Source: Glaucostegus cemiculus
Taxonomy: Eukaryota
Assembly: GCA_976551045.1 (NCBI GenBank)
Contig: CDPCPM010000091.1
Span: 14,818,001 to 14,882,000, forward strand
DNA length: 64,000 bases
Direction: 5' to 3'
Shown: positions 12,685-25,652 of the stretch, piece by piece
Layout: every line of letters starts with the position of its first letter
Numbering within the stretch: the stretch's first letter is position 1
Notes under the pieces: generated by a model
Seen by the model: only the letters and a program-made list of their open reading frames with translations
Database searches by the model: none
Told to the model about the DNA's origin: nothing
Made by a program: the position numbers and the translations under genes

Positions 12685-13055
12685 AGTGCCTTGATTTTAA
12701 TTTTCCCACTTTTGTTTTCAAATCTATCTAAGGTGTCGCCCAGACCTCCCTCCAGGCCCACACTTCCAATTCTGGTTTCTAGGTTATTCCTGAATGTAGT
12801 TGCTCCATCATCAGCAATTGTACCTTCAGCTGTCTGCATCCCAAGCTGTGGAATTCTTTCCCTAAATGTCTCCAATTTTCCAACTCTTTCCTCCTTTTTA
12901 AGAGGCTCTTTGAAACCTACCTCTTCCACCAACATTAGCTCACCCGTTCTAATACCTCCTCATATAGCTTAGTGTCAGATTTTGTTTAGACCACTTCCGT
13001 GAAGTGGCTTGAGACGCTTTTGCTATATTAAGGGCACTGTATAAATGCATGGTTC
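12685..13055 (+). mobile_element. L2-clade LINE 3' end
   Basis: GTGGAATTCTTTCCC..CTCCTTTTTAAGAGGCTCTTTGAAACCTACCTCTT..GTGAAGTGGCTTGAGACG..AAGGGCACTGTATAAATGCA. Confidence 0.7.
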
Positions 13056-13654
13056 CTATTGGTGCAGATGGAGGTAATGGGTGTCTACTGAAAAGCATAG
13101 TGCACATGCGTGAGGTTTCTACTGGTAGTGGGCTTCACGGCTGGAGGAAGCAGCAGAATGCAGGTAGGATAGGGAGGGGTTAAATGGGAGCAATATGCAG
13201 TAAGTGGAGAAGAAAGAGCTTTGAGGGGTTAATGATTAAAGGAAAATGTGCAAGTGGCTGATCAGAAAGGAAGATGGGGGCATCTGTGTTTGGAAGAAAG
13301 TTGTGAAGTGGTCTGGTGTGGATGCTGTGGGGAGAATGATGGAGGGAAGTGAGTGGAACCACCACTGTCTTCTGTGGTAGAGATAAACAAAATAAACGAA
13401 GAACAGTACTCGGCCTTGCATCTCTTGCGATGCCTCTGAGAGTTTCCTGCACTTGAGCCGCTTCTGGCGGAGATGGCCTTTGAGGTCGCTCATGCCCCCA
13501 CCCCTTGGTCATATCAACGCCACCATTTCTGGGGAGCAGGAGATCTCTGCAGACACCTCAGGAACTTTCAGAGCAGCTGTGCTTTGCCTGTGGCTTGTTG
13601 CAGAGATGATATTTAATTAGCATCTTAGAAACAAAATAAGCCGTGAGAGAACGT

Positions 13655-13838
13655 GAGTAGGCTGCCGGAGATGGTGGTGGAGGCGGATACGTTAGGGTCT
13701 TTCAAGAGACTGTTGGATAGGTACATGGAGGTAAATAAGATAGAGGGCTATGGGTAAGCCTAATAGTGTGGGGACGTGTTCGGCACAGCTTTGTGGGCCG
13801 AAGGGCCTGAATTGTGCTGTAGGTGTTCTATGTTCTAG
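13655..13838 (+). mobile_element. CR1 3' end, young subfamily
   Basis: GGGCCGAAGGGCCTG stem-loop and (GTTCTAT)n tail; near-identical to the copy at 35322-35520 (-). Confidence 0.9.
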
Positions 13839-13869
13839 AATAAAAACCTACCTTAAAAAGTACTTCCAG

Positions 13870-14390
13870 AACTATACTTTATTGATGAAATTTGCAAATA
13901 TATAATGCAGTACGTTCATCTGTCACCATTCACAGTACATGCCATATCGTTCCATCTGCTTGCACAGTTTACATTATATCACCATGATATTATATTCCCT
14001 GAACAAGCAAGCAAAGGGGTTTGCCCATGGATTCAGCACTTCATAAGTCCTTACACAGAGATTCCTTCTTTATGGTGCATTTGTGCCTGCAGCACCAAGC
14101 TTTGGATTGTGCATGTAATTCTGTACCGTAGGATGTGGCTGTCTGCAACTTTCACTACATGGTTCCTTGCACTGCAAGACCAGGAAGGTTTGGGCAGACC
14201 AGAGGGTGTCTTTGTCATGAGTCAATAATCTCCCATCAGCAGTTAATGTTTCTTTTCCAATGTGTGTGTCCTCGGGAGTACCCCATACTTTAAAAGTACA
14301 CTCCCGATCTTTTTGGAAAATCTGTTTGTAGGACTGCAGCAAGGCCTGAGGCTTAAGGAAGAATGTTTTGTTTTAGTGTAGTCTGTGAAT
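13870..14390 (-). mobile_element. Tx1/L1-type LINE 3' end
   Basis: Peptide KDTLWSAQTFLVLQCKE..CRQPHPTVQNY..KLGAA resembles the Tx1 ORF2 C-terminus (KDALWSARNLLVFQ..KVQDY..KLGAA); AATAAA on - at the distal end. Confidence 0.75.
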
Positions 14391-15019
14391 TTTAAAATTA
14401 AATCCAATCTGACACGCCTGGAGCTGAACCAGATTTAAATTAGGGGTACTTACTTTATATGTTGCAATATTACGTATATTTCACAGCAAAACCATTTCAT
14501 TGTCTCTGTGTCAAGAATAGCACTTAACTCTTCAAATTCAGAAGCATTCACTTTCTTAATCATAATATGGCTCTCTATTCTTGATCATGCTGTGTGATAT
14601 TAATATTGTAATAATTGCTATCATTTTATGAATGAGCTATTTCATGAATGAAAATTAAATAATGCAATTGGAATGAAAATTAAGACTAAATAATGAGCAA
14701 AATTTTATTTAACAAAGGGGATTTTTTTTCTTATGGATTACAGTTTATTTTGAATATCACTTCCTCTGCTGCAAATATATATTTTTAAACATTACTTCCT
14801 CATTATGGGAAGAGGTCTCTTGGTGTTTATCAGGGAGGTTATTGGTGAGGATTACTATCTTTATTTCCCCATCACATTTAAGAGCTGCAGCGTTTTGTAT
14901 TACTGTTAAATTCCTGCAGCTCCTGTTGTTGAAATGGCTAAAATTACTAATCAGTTACAATCACTTGGATATGTAAGATCAGTCCCAAACTTCGGGGAAA
15001 GTAAATGTGTAGAACACTA

Positions 15020-15262
15020 TTCAGGCTACAGCTGAAGTATTGAGTACGCTTTTAGTCACTACCGAAACTACGTGAATGCTTTAGAGAGATTACAGTGCAG
15101 TTACTAGGAAGAATCTTCAGCTCTGAGAAAAATGAGATGGGTCAAGGCTTCTCTGGAACGTAGGTGGCAGAGGAGATATTTAAGGTACTTGGATATGTAC
15201 TTAAAGTATCATAATCGGCAAGTATATGGACCAAGTGATTGGGTTGGACTTGATCGGCCCAG
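15020..15262 (+). mobile_element. Old CR1 3' fragment
   Basis: CAGCTGAAGTATTG..GCTTTAGAGAGATTACAG..TTGGATATGTACTTAAAG..TGATCGGCC. Confidence 0.55.
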
Positions 15263-15351
15263 TAATTTCGAAAGCAGCTGTAAATCCCTCTGATATATGA
15301 TGCTTTAGTTTCATGGGTTGTTCTTTGTTATTTGTCAGACATGAACACAAC

Positions 15352-15692
15352 AGGATCATAGAGAGAAACAGCACGGGGACAGGCACTTTGGCCCACCAAG
15401 TGTGCACCAACCTTCAAGCGCCCATTTACACTAATCCTACACTAATCCAATTTTTTTTTTTAATTCTCCCTAAATTATCATCAACTCCCCCCAGATTCTA
15501 CCACTCAGCCACACACCAGGAGCAATTTACAGTGGCTGATTAACCTCCTAATCTGCACCACTTTGGGATGTGGGAGGAAATCGGAACACGGTCACAGGAG
15601 AACGTGTAAACTCCACACAGGCAGGTCAGGATTGAACCCAGGTGTATGGCGCTGTGAGGCAGCAACTCTACAAGCTGTGCCACTGCGCTGCT
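15352..15692 (-). mobile_element. Older HE1-like SINE
   Basis: Reverse V-domain TTTGGGATGTGGGAGGAAATCGGAAC..AAACTCCACACAG, B-box GGATTGAACCC, CR1-like tail. Confidence 0.85.
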
Positions 15693-16064
15693 AGGTGTGC
15701 ACCTAAACTATCTTCCTTGTTTCTGCCCCACCACTGGCTGTAGAGTCTGTTCCTTCCCCAGGAGGGTAACGTTGCAGCTACACGTGATCCCAGTCAGTTT
15801 GTTGCTGTCGGTGCTGGGTTAAGGAGAAGAGAGCGAGGAAGAGGTTGTGTGATGTGTTTCGCTGATGTGGCTCTCGTGGTAGACTCACCGGCAGTGTGAA
15901 AGCTGTGAGATGTAGCTGCATGGTTAGTGATTACAGCGTGAGGCTGTTCTGGGGCTAGTCAATGTTGGATCCCAGAGCTGAGTGAATGAGGTTATCAGTC
16001 GGTAAGAGATGGGGTATGGTGCACTCAGTGTGAAATAGCATTTGAAGCTGTATTCACTAGCCCC

Positions 16065-16255
16065 GCTCAAATACATGCACTCTTGTTGCAGTACCACATC
16101 CAGGTTTGTGAGGCTGAACACTTTATATTCCCCTCTATCTCCTTCCAGTACCCAGAGGCTGCACTGTCTACCTATAAACAGATGGGATATAGCCACCTCT
16201 CCAGCCCACCGGTCAAGACCTCCATTGCCACATCATTGAGACTCCTGAGGCGGTT
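16065..16255 (-). pseudogene. Eroded Myb/SANT-like (Harbinger ORF1-type) DNA-binding domain remnant
   Basis: Reads RSLNDVAMEVLTGGLERWLYP then YWKEIEGNIKCSASQTWMWYCNK, resembling the R.F.D..LE.L..VE / W.E(I/V)A..RTW.QC.K pattern. Confidence 0.4.
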
Positions 16256-18044
16256 GTTCAGCCGTTCCAACCAGAACGATTCTTACCACTTACTGCAGTC
16301 AGAATACAATTCCCCTTCCGCTGCACAAGCCAAAAACTCTCAAAATTGGACCCAGGGGTGATGTACTGTCAGCTCAGCAATTAGCTGGTCATTGAAATCC
16401 TGAAAGCAACATAGTAAGCAGGTAGAACAAATTTTATGTGCAGTCTGCAGCTGGTGAAACAGATGCAGGTTAATTGGTTATCATGATAGCAGCATGCATT
16501 TCAGCCTCCAAGCTTCCCACCACAGTAATGTTGCCCAGAACCATGGGCTGCAGCATATGGCTTGTGGGCTGGATTCACCATCCAGCCTGTTTCAGAAAGT
16601 GACAAGCCCCTTGGTCTCCCCACTTCCTTCACGCACATACGTAACTGTCACCTCTGGCTATATCCTATGGAGCATGAGGAATTCTTTCCATCACGTACTG
16701 ACACAAACAAGACCAACTTAAGTTTTAAAGAAGCTGTTGTGTTGGTTTAACATCCCTTTAAGATCTGCCAAGGCCTTACTGGCTATCAGAATGGTTGAAA
16801 GGTTAAATGTCTGTGAAAGTCCCTAACCATTATCCCAGACCTGGGATCCTAACCTTGCGTTTCTGGTCTCTGTCTCCTCCGAGTCCATCCCATCCCCTGA
16901 GTAACCTACCATGGGTGCTGAAAGGAAGCAAAAGGCAGCAGGACTTGGTGATGGAGTTTCAGCAGCACCAGACAGCTTTACTGCTAAAATCAGTAGTGAA
17001 GAAAACCACACCTTTTGGAATGTAGTGTTTCTTTGGATTGTGAAGTAGTGAGTTCAGGAAACAGCTCTGCAGTGCTAATTCAGTGTTCTGGATGCTTCAG
17101 GGACCCACCAGTTATTACAGAATGGTTTGCACATGGAGTACTTCTGGGGAACTGTGTATGTGCAGTCATTCATGTGTACGATGCCCCAGGAATTGCACAT
17201 AGATTCACCCCTCTTTCCTCCTGTAACTTGATTGAACCTTTGGAGAAACTGCAGATTTACAGAAGGAGATTCGGAGAGCTTGTTAGAAATCCACGCTTGA
17301 TGTTTTGCTGCTGAACACCTTGTTGAAGAGTGCCTTCAGAGTGGTAAATGAAAGCTATCGGAAGTGGTTTTGGGGAACTGGTGTCAGTTTGTTTTCTGCT
17401 CCGTCCCCTGACAGTCAAAGATCATGACTACCTCCAGCACCTAACCCGTTCCCAACACGGACGATGTTGTTTGCAAAGCAACCTGAAGGGAATTTTTAAA
17501 AAAACGTGCCTATTATTCCAATTGTTTTCTGTCAGTGGAGAAGTCATTGGTCATAATAATATAGCATTATTCAAGCTTATCTGTGCTCAGCAATGTCGTC
17601 ATATTAATTCCAAGTGCAATGAGCAGTGGCAAAGCACTGATGAATAATCACGTGGCTCTGTTCTGATGCTTACTATTTGTTCAACTGCCATATAAAAATA
17701 AGAGTTGTTGCCACCACATGGATGGAATGTGAATAGTTTTAACACATTACATTTAACAATGGCGTAGCATTGACTTTGAAAGCAAATGCATCATCTGAAT
17801 AAAGATATCATTCAACCCAATGTAATTGGATGCCATGTGTAAGAAATGACTGCCAACGAGGGCTTTCAAAATTATTTTGTTATTTTGGTCCCTTTCCTTC
17901 AACTATCTGAAGGCAGATTTATCTGTCCTGGCTGCATTGATAAATTTCCCTCAACCTTTCTTCCGTGGAACTGGCAGGAGCAGACAGTCAGAACGTGGCT
18001 CCAGGGTGATCTCAGCCGAGACCTGCCTTAAGGCGAGGCCTGGG

Positions 18045-18620
18045 TTTTATTAGTTTTTCAGGATCTGGGTGTTGCTGGAGAGGTGACCGTTTATTACCCA
18101 TCTATAATTGTGATTGAGAATGTGACAGCGAGTCACCTTCTTGAAACGTGGTTGACTTTTCTGGTGAAGGTGGTCCCAGAGTTCCAGGGTTTAGTTTTAG
18201 CGATGATGAAAGTATGGCCATACGTTTCATGCTACCTTGTGTTCCCATGTGCCTGAAGTCCTTGTCCCTGTTGGTAGTAGTTGGGGTTGGGGTAGATGTT
18301 GGACTAGGCAAGTAACTGCAGTGTATTTTGTAGATGGTGCCCACTTTGGTTGCTCTGTGCATGTGCTGGAGGGAATGAAGGTTAAGATTGGACAGGATAC
18401 AAATCACATGGGTTGTTTTGTTTGGGATAATGTTGAGTTTCGTGGGTATTATTGGAGCAGCACTTATCCAGGCAAGTCGAGGGTATTCCATCAGATTCTT
18501 GATATGCTCTGTGGGTGATAGATAAGCTTTGGATGTCAAGACATGAGTCCGTTGCCTTGGGATACCCAGCCTCTTGCTGTTGTAGCCGTGATATTTACCT
18601 GTGGAGTTCGCACGTTCTCT
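18045..18620 (-). mobile_element. Non-LTR retrotransposon 3' end (CR1/L2 group, clade uncertain)
   Basis: ORF 18102-18632 contains MEYPRLAWISAAP..KLNII..LNLHSLQH..TIYKIHCS, a post-RT C-terminal pattern; related pieces at 24230 and 37545. Confidence 0.75.
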
Positions 18621-18850
18621 CTGTGACTGCATGGGCTTCCTCTGGGGGGTGGGGGGGGTGGGTGGTCAGCTCACCTCACACTTCCCAAAACCCCTGAGTG
18701 TGTCAGTGGAAAAATTGGGGAAAGGGAGAGGAAGTTGATGGGAATGTAGGGAGGGTAAAATGGATTAGGGTAGGACTAGTGTAAACATAGCTGCTTGATG
18801 TTCAGGATGGATTCGAAGGGCCAAACTGCCTGTTTCTGTGCTGTCTCTTT
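18620..18850 (+). mobile_element. HE1-like SINE remnant
   Basis: CTGTGACTGCATGGGCTTCCTCTGGG core remnant; tail GGGCCAAACTGCCTGTTTCTGTGCTGT. Confidence 0.6.
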
Positions 18851-20502
18851 CCAAGATTCTGTGTTTGATGGAAGCAGGGGAGGGAAGTCGGCTGTTGCTA
18901 AATGGCTTACTGACCAGGGATAAACATTTTCAGTCCTTGGGAACAGGTTTGGAACATGGTGAAACAGTTCTTTAGTTCCTTCCCTTGACCTTGGCATTGT
19001 TGCATTCAAAAATTGACTGATTTGTATGTACCTTTTCAATGTGTCAATCTAATGATCAATTTAGTATTGAGTCTTCTCAACAAAACGCTGTCCCTTTGCC
19101 ATGATGCCAGTGTTACATATAAATAAATAGTCAATTGGTGTGATAATCAGATATGTAAATGTTCAGACCCTGAAAGCACATTCTATCAAAAAATACTAAG
19201 ACTTTAGTATTCCCATTCCTGTGTTCTGGTGCTCAGTTAATAAAATGCAGACAGCAAATATGTGTGCTTAAACAGATTCCCAAGACACAAGATCAGAGAA
19301 AATTAGCCCCACAATTTCTTGAAACTTCAAATGATATAGCCTCTTAAGATTTACAAGAGAGGATCAGAACAACATTCTGAGATGTAATCTGCGTTGTTAC
19401 AGTTTATATGTTGTCAATTTATCTGATATCATAATCTGTATTACTGCTATCAATGATGATGTCAGGATAATTTATCTTTCTTTAATTTTGTAGACTTGGT
19501 TTTATATTTTTATCTTTTTGATACTTTCTTCTTTATTAAATTATTTAGGACAAAGAGGCTGTTAACATGTAACTACATCCTATCTGGTTTTGTTTTTGAG
19601 AATTAGTGTTGCAGTGTATCAAGAAAACACCAGGGGGTAATTCTGACTGTGGAATGGCATAAATCGCGTGATACGTAATCAGCAGCCTGTTTTATTGCCT
19701 ATTCAATGTCAAACAATTTTAGTAATCGAATGAATTGCCCCTTTGTGTGTGGGACAGATATTAACTGAAAGGTTCTGTACTATTAATATCACAGTAGATC
19801 ACAGGGGAAGGAACATGTACACATTGCTTTGTACAGCCTAACCCAAAGGTGGTGCTGTAACATGTTAAAATACTGCAAATCACTAACTTCTTTAACAAAC
19901 CCACTTAGATTCCACTAATGCTGTGGACCACTTACATCAAGCTTATTTATCAACATTAGTGCAAGTGTTCTAATTACACAATCTGTTAACTTTTGAGATT
20001 TAGTAAAAGCAAAAATTTTATTTTACATAAAATAACCAAAGTTTTACATAATAAAATGCACCAGAGGTTCTTTCAACATGCAAATAGGCTTAATCTGAAT
20101 TCCTTTAGATAAAACAGTTCCAGCATCATTGACAAGCAGCTTTCGAAAATATTTTACCCTTTCATTTATTCTATTTTTCTTTCGACTGTTACCAATTCGG
20201 TTGCCTTGTCTTGTATCTCTGTAAATAATGTACCTCAGGAAAAAGGCACACAAATCCTTTTGAAGAAAATGGTCCTTTCCCAGTGAGGAAATTCAGCACC
20301 AAATGGCAGTTGCTGTATCTTAAAATAAAACTCCTTCTCCATCCAGATCATCCTAAGCACCTCCTCAGAACTCATCACCACCACCAACGGTAGCAAGAGA
20401 TGTGGCAAAGAGCTTTGTTTCTTTATCTTCTGCACTTCAGATTCTGAATGTGTTGGTTAGCGTGGTTGGAATATTTTGGATATGGTGGTAAGCATTCTTT
20501 AT

Positions 20503-20765
20503 AGGGTGGGGGCATAGTGGTGCAATAGTTAGTGCTGATGCTCGGCACAGCTCCAGGGACCGGGTGCTACCTATGTGTGAGATGTGCTGAATGTTAGGTT
20601 AACCAGCTATTATAAATCACTACATGGACAGCAGGAGAATCAGGGTGTGTGTGGAAATTGATGGGGATGTGGGAGAGAACAGGTTGCAAGGAAAGTAAGT
20701 TGGGGATTCTATGAGAGGCAGCATAGGGTAGTGAGCCAAATGGCTTCCTTCTACATCATAAGAAA
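20503..20765 (+). mobile_element. HE1-like SINE with internal deletion
   Basis: Head GGCATAGTGGTGCAATAGTTAGTGCTG..CAGCTCCAGGGACC; tail GAGCCAAATGGCTTCCTTCT. Confidence 0.6.
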
Positions 20766-21424
20766 ATGTAATTCACCCTAGACAAGATGCAGACAGACGT
20801 TGTGAGCAAACAAATGAATTGTTTTTCCTTTTATTCTTGATCAGAGCAGCCACTTCTGATGCCTGCAATCCCATGATTGGGAGCTGATCCTCCTGAAGAA
20901 TTTTGGAAGTAAACATTGGCTTATAACTCAAAGTACAGCAGCTGTGAGCCTAATCAATGGGTTATTCAAAGTATGGCAATAATTTGCATTTATCTAGCTC
21001 CAGCAACATTGTAAAATGTCCCATGGTATTTCACAGATCTGTTATCAATTTGTAACACAATTAAATGTGTTAGCATAATTTGATATGGTGCCACATAATT
21101 TTGGAAATGGAATGGAACATGCCAGGACTGTATACTTAGTTTAGCTCAACTAAATAGATGAATTTGCAGGCAAGAAAGCCAAAGATAAATTCCAAAACTT
21201 AGCATATTGGTAGCTGAAAGCACACTGGAAGAATAAAGGAAATATTGCTATCAAGCAATTGATTTATTGCCTATACTTAAAGCACATCACCAGCCATGTT
21301 TAAAGATGAGGCCTGGGATTTTCTAGAGAAGTATAAAGGAACATTCCTTTTTCCCCAGCCTGGAAACTCTATGCCAGAAATTCTTCTTCCTTAAGTGTAT
21401 ATCCATGTATTTAGGGATATGTAC

Positions 21425-21515
21425 CAGGGAGGAGGTGGCAAGAGATGACTGGTAGGAGTGTGTCGCTGCAGTACTGAGCTCAGTGCAGCCAGAAGTTCCG
21501 TGGTACATTTTTGCT
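21425..21515 (+). pseudogene. Second eroded Myb/SANT-like remnant
   Basis: EEVAR../GRSVSLQY*AQCSQKF resembles WEEVA...RTW.QC.KKF with one frameshift and one stop. Confidence 0.3.
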
Positions 21516-23676
21516 CAGGTTTATTGCTATATTCCTCAGATAACATCTGTCAGTACCAGCACTGCCACAATTACACTCATCCTTGCCATAACACTGAGCT
21601 AACAGCTGAGACAAACTGACACACAGGCACACACAAGTGAATGTAGATACAATTATATGCACACAAGCAGATAGTAATACACACATGCAAACAGTCATAT
21701 GTGTTGATACACACACACATGCACAAAATATGTCCCTAGAAGGCTGATCTTCATTGTAATCTAAAGACATACTCTATAGTTCTCCATAGAAGGCAGATCT
21801 TCTTCACGATCTAAAGACGTACTTCTCATTCACCTCCTCTCTTTGGGAATTCAGATAACGTTTGTGAAGCATAGAGCAGATATCAAAAATGCTTGACCTC
21901 TCTGGAGAATACCATAGGCTGCTTCTAATCTCTCAGGACACTAGATTCAGAGCTCAAAGACTCCACTGGTGTTCTCCTCTGCCTTCCTGGTTGTAGTGTC
22001 ACACTGCTGTTCAGCCAGGAGCCTAGAGAGGGATGAGGAGCCAAGGGCAAAGCAGTGGTCATTGTCCACCATGAACCAACCCACCACATGGCACGTTGTC
22101 TGAAATATAGCGAGCACCGCCGACTACCTTTAGCACAAAGGAGCTCCAAGAAAGGCAGCATTGATGGGGGGGGGAGGAGAGGAGAAAAGGGGGAAGCTTC
22201 ATCTCACGGTTGCACATAACTACGTGCCTCAGTGAGGGATTGCCCTTGCAATTTGTGGTAAAGCTCGAGGTTCACGAGAAGCCTGAGGCGTAGTGTCAAT
22301 GCTGCCTATTTCTCTGAACCTTTGGGGGAAGCTGGAATCCTCTCCATTCAGTGTCCCTGCAATGACAGATGGTTTCAGCTCAGGAACAAGCAGCTGGTTC
22401 CCCTGTCTTGAGTAGAGATCATTGGCGATGTCACTGAGGCAGCAGTGAGCAGCAAAGAGGGAAATATAGCTCCTACTGCCTGCGAGCATCAGAAGGCCAG
22501 GGTGACGGTGACCCTTTCTACAGGCAAAGCCATCTGACTGGAATTCTACCAGTAGAAGCTTTCAGATTTCTGTCACCACAGACTTAAAAAAAACCCTAGC
22601 CTCAGGATGTATTGCTCCTTGGAATTAGAGGTGGGAACAGGATTCCCTGTGTACTTTTGGAGAAGCATCAGTGATTGGAGAGAGTAACCAGAGAAATGAC
22701 TTTTGCACTCACCAAGAGGTGGAACATATGCTCAGACCACTCTTGTAGTCCTCGGAAGACTTTGAAGGAAACAGCAACCAATTTCCCCAACAAGGATAAA
22801 CTAGGCCATTCCTACTTAAAATCATGCTGGTGGTTTCATGGGGGTTCTGTTTAAAAACAAATGGTTCCTTGTAAGGGGCTTATAGTTTTTCTCAAACATA
22901 TAATAACATTTCAGCAGGGGAGGTTCAAAGAAATATAATCTGCAGGCGCTCTACCTGCTCTATGTATTAATATGTCACATTTGCACAAGAGTCTATAAAA
23001 ACTTTAAATACAGTGCAGAACACACAAATTTGCCAGGTGTACTTGATGCATGCACTAAGACTGCTAAATTCCACTCAGTCCAAGATTTCCATGAAAAGTT
23101 GAATAATTATTCTATAAATTACTGCCCTAGACCTGGATATACTTGTTGCTCAGTAGGATCCAGAGTAAAAAAAAGAGCCTTCCTGCCAATCAGAGTTTTA
23201 GCCTCAAAAGTACTTTTTTTTACATTGATTTTTCACCTCTGAGCAGCAAACTGACTTTCAGATTCGGGAAGAAATCAATCATTCAATCCTTTTCAGTAAT
23301 TGGTTTAACATTCGTGTCTCAGTAGGTATCATTTCACTTCTCAGAGAACTTAAAGGCTCAAGAAATGTTGAAAGACAAATTGGTGGCTGTTTCAGTTTTC
23401 CAAAATATGTTCCCAATGTAGATAATTGACTAGTGTTTCAATCTTCTTAGTTCTGTATCTTATTTTAGCTTATGTCTTTATAATAAACAAATGTACTTCT
23501 AATTTTCATTTAGCTGTAAATCTTTTTTGAACATCATCTTGTTAATTTTAGTCTGTTAAAAGAACACCATCTCCACAGAGCAGCTCTTTTTATCTCGCAA
23601 TCAATTTAAGAATAAAAATGAAACCCTTCTTACAAACTGGTGAAATGCATTGAAAATAGTAATTTGTTGGTAGGTT

Positions 23677-23972
23677 TATAAGATAAGATCTTTATTAGTC
23701 ACATGTACATCGAGACACACAGTGAAATACATCTTTTGCATAGTGATTTTTTTCAGGGGGCAGCCTGCAAGTGTCGCCACGCTTCCGGCGCCAACATAGC
23801 ATGCACATAACTTCCTAATCTCTATGTCTTTGGGAAGTGGGAGGAAACCGGAGCACCCGGAGGAAACCCACACAGACACGGGGAGAACATACAAACTCCT
23901 TAGAGTCAGTGGCTGGATTTGAACCCGGGCCGCTGGTGCTGTAAAGCATTGTGCTAACCACTATGCTACCGT
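23677..23972 (-). mobile_element. V-SINE type B with Rex1-like 3' tail
   Basis: Same head and V-domain as type A; tail TTTCACTGTGTGTCTCGATGTACATGTGACTAATAAAGA(TCTTA)n. Confidence 0.9.
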
Positions 23973-24229
23973 TTATTTCTGCATTTTATTATGACACAAC
24001 CTCCCATTACATTGCACTTCCACAGTTTTTGGCTTCCTTTCTTGGTGACTTGAAAACAGGAAGTGTAGGTCAAGAAAAGGCCCTGTCATCAATCTGGTAG
24101 ATGTCAATGTCCAAATACTATCACACCACTGATGTCCCTTCTTGGGTACCTTTCCAACTCCACCCTGAATTTCCTGAAACCGCTGGCCACTGACCACTCT
24201 GTAGCCAAACCATATTATGCATTATCCAG

Positions 24230-24420
24230 CAATATGTTTCCAAGTGTAGAGGAACTTGAAGGTAGTGGTGTTCCCACGTGCATGCTGAGCTTGTCCTGCT
24301 GTTAGAGCTGACGGGTTAGAAAGGTGTCGGAGAAGCCCAAAGAAGTGACTGCATTTTGTAGATGATACACAGTGAACCAATGGTGCCCGGAGTGAACATT
24401 TAGGTGGGTAGATGTGCCCG
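24230..24420 (-). mobile_element. Fragment of the 18045-type LINE
   Basis: GTTCCCACGTGCATG..TTGTCC..GTGACTGCATTTTGTAGATG matches 18240-18340. Confidence 0.6.
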
Positions 24421-24573
24421 ATATGTTGATGATTAAACCCTTTTAGTCTTTTATGTAACGTGCCATTATTAGTTAATTTATATTTGGTCTTGATAAGAAT
24501 GTAAATTATGGTGTTGTATACCATGTCATTACTATACAAGTTGTTGCATATAAATGCCATTTTCCTTTTACAG

Positions 24574-24620
24574 AATTCATCTGATAGTCTCCAGAACCGA
24601 TTCAATGTAATAGACTGCCC
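24574..24620 (+). CDS. Candidate 47-nt internal host exon (NSSDSLQNRFNVIDCP), gene unidentified
   Basis: Acceptor TTTTCCTTTTACAG, donor GTAAGT, only one open frame, non-repeat context; no homology check possible. Confidence 0.35.
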
Positions 24621-25209
24621 GTAAGTGGAATCTTGCTCTCTCTTACTGCTATATCTATCTGTGCTGTGCATTATCTATGGCAAGTAGTGAGTGCTTTGTT
24701 TCCTGTGAAGACAAGATTGATGGTACTTTTTAATGGCACAAGGTTGAACAGCTGCACTGACGAGTAGAGAACTCTTGCTTTATATGAGAATGAAGAGTAA
24801 ATTATGTGGTACACGGAAAAAGGTGGTTAGGTGGACTCGTAGCCCACCGACAAAGGGAAGTTTTCAAAAGCCTCTCAAAACATAGTTGTGCTTGGGTACA
24901 AAATTAAGACCTGACCAAACCAGACTCAACCACTGCCAATTCTAACCCAGGCAAGCCTGAGTATTTATTATTCCTTTCTGTACATGACTTAGCCATCACC
25001 TTGAATATAACAGCCCTAAGCATGCAGTTGATCTGCTTAATGTAACAAGAAGTCTCTGAAAGAGTGAATTGTTAGAAAAGAAGTTTTAAACTGATGCCTT
25101 GCATCATGAAGCCAAATGGCATAATTTGAAGAAAATTACAATAATACTATACAAATCATTCTGACCTGGATAAAATACTCATCCAGGACACTAGCCCACA
25201 CCAAATATT

Positions 25210-25450
25210 AATCAGAATCAGGTTTATTATCACTGACATATGTCATGAAATTTGTTGCTTTCCAGCAGCAGTGCAGTGCAAGACATAAAAAAAATACTGG
25301 AAGTTACTGAAAATAAATAAATAAATTGGTGCCAAAGAGGAATACTGAGGTAGTGTACATCGATCGTTCAGAAATCTGATGCAGAAGAGGGAGAAGCTGT
25401 TCCTGAAACGTCGTGTGTGGGTCGTCAGGCCCCTGTACCTCCTCCCTGAG
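25210..25450 (-). mobile_element. Rex1/Babar 3' end, another subfamily
   Basis: AATCAGAATCAGGTTTATTATCAC tail; GAAGCTGTTCCTGAAACG..CCTGTACCTCCTCCCTGA is the reversed ORF end. Confidence 0.8.
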
Positions 25451-25652
25451 GGTTCCTGGCCGACTCCAACCTAACGTGTGTAGTCTGGAGCTACCGGGAC
25501 TTGGGCTGGGTAGCCAGGCTCTACTGTGACGGAGAATTGAATGGTAGTTGGGCAGAGTCATTTTTGCAGTGAATTCCATTCTAGTGCATAAACGGAAGCT
25601 GCTGGTAAACACACTCCAACTGCCTGTTTTTCAGGCTCAGTGGCTCGGGGCC

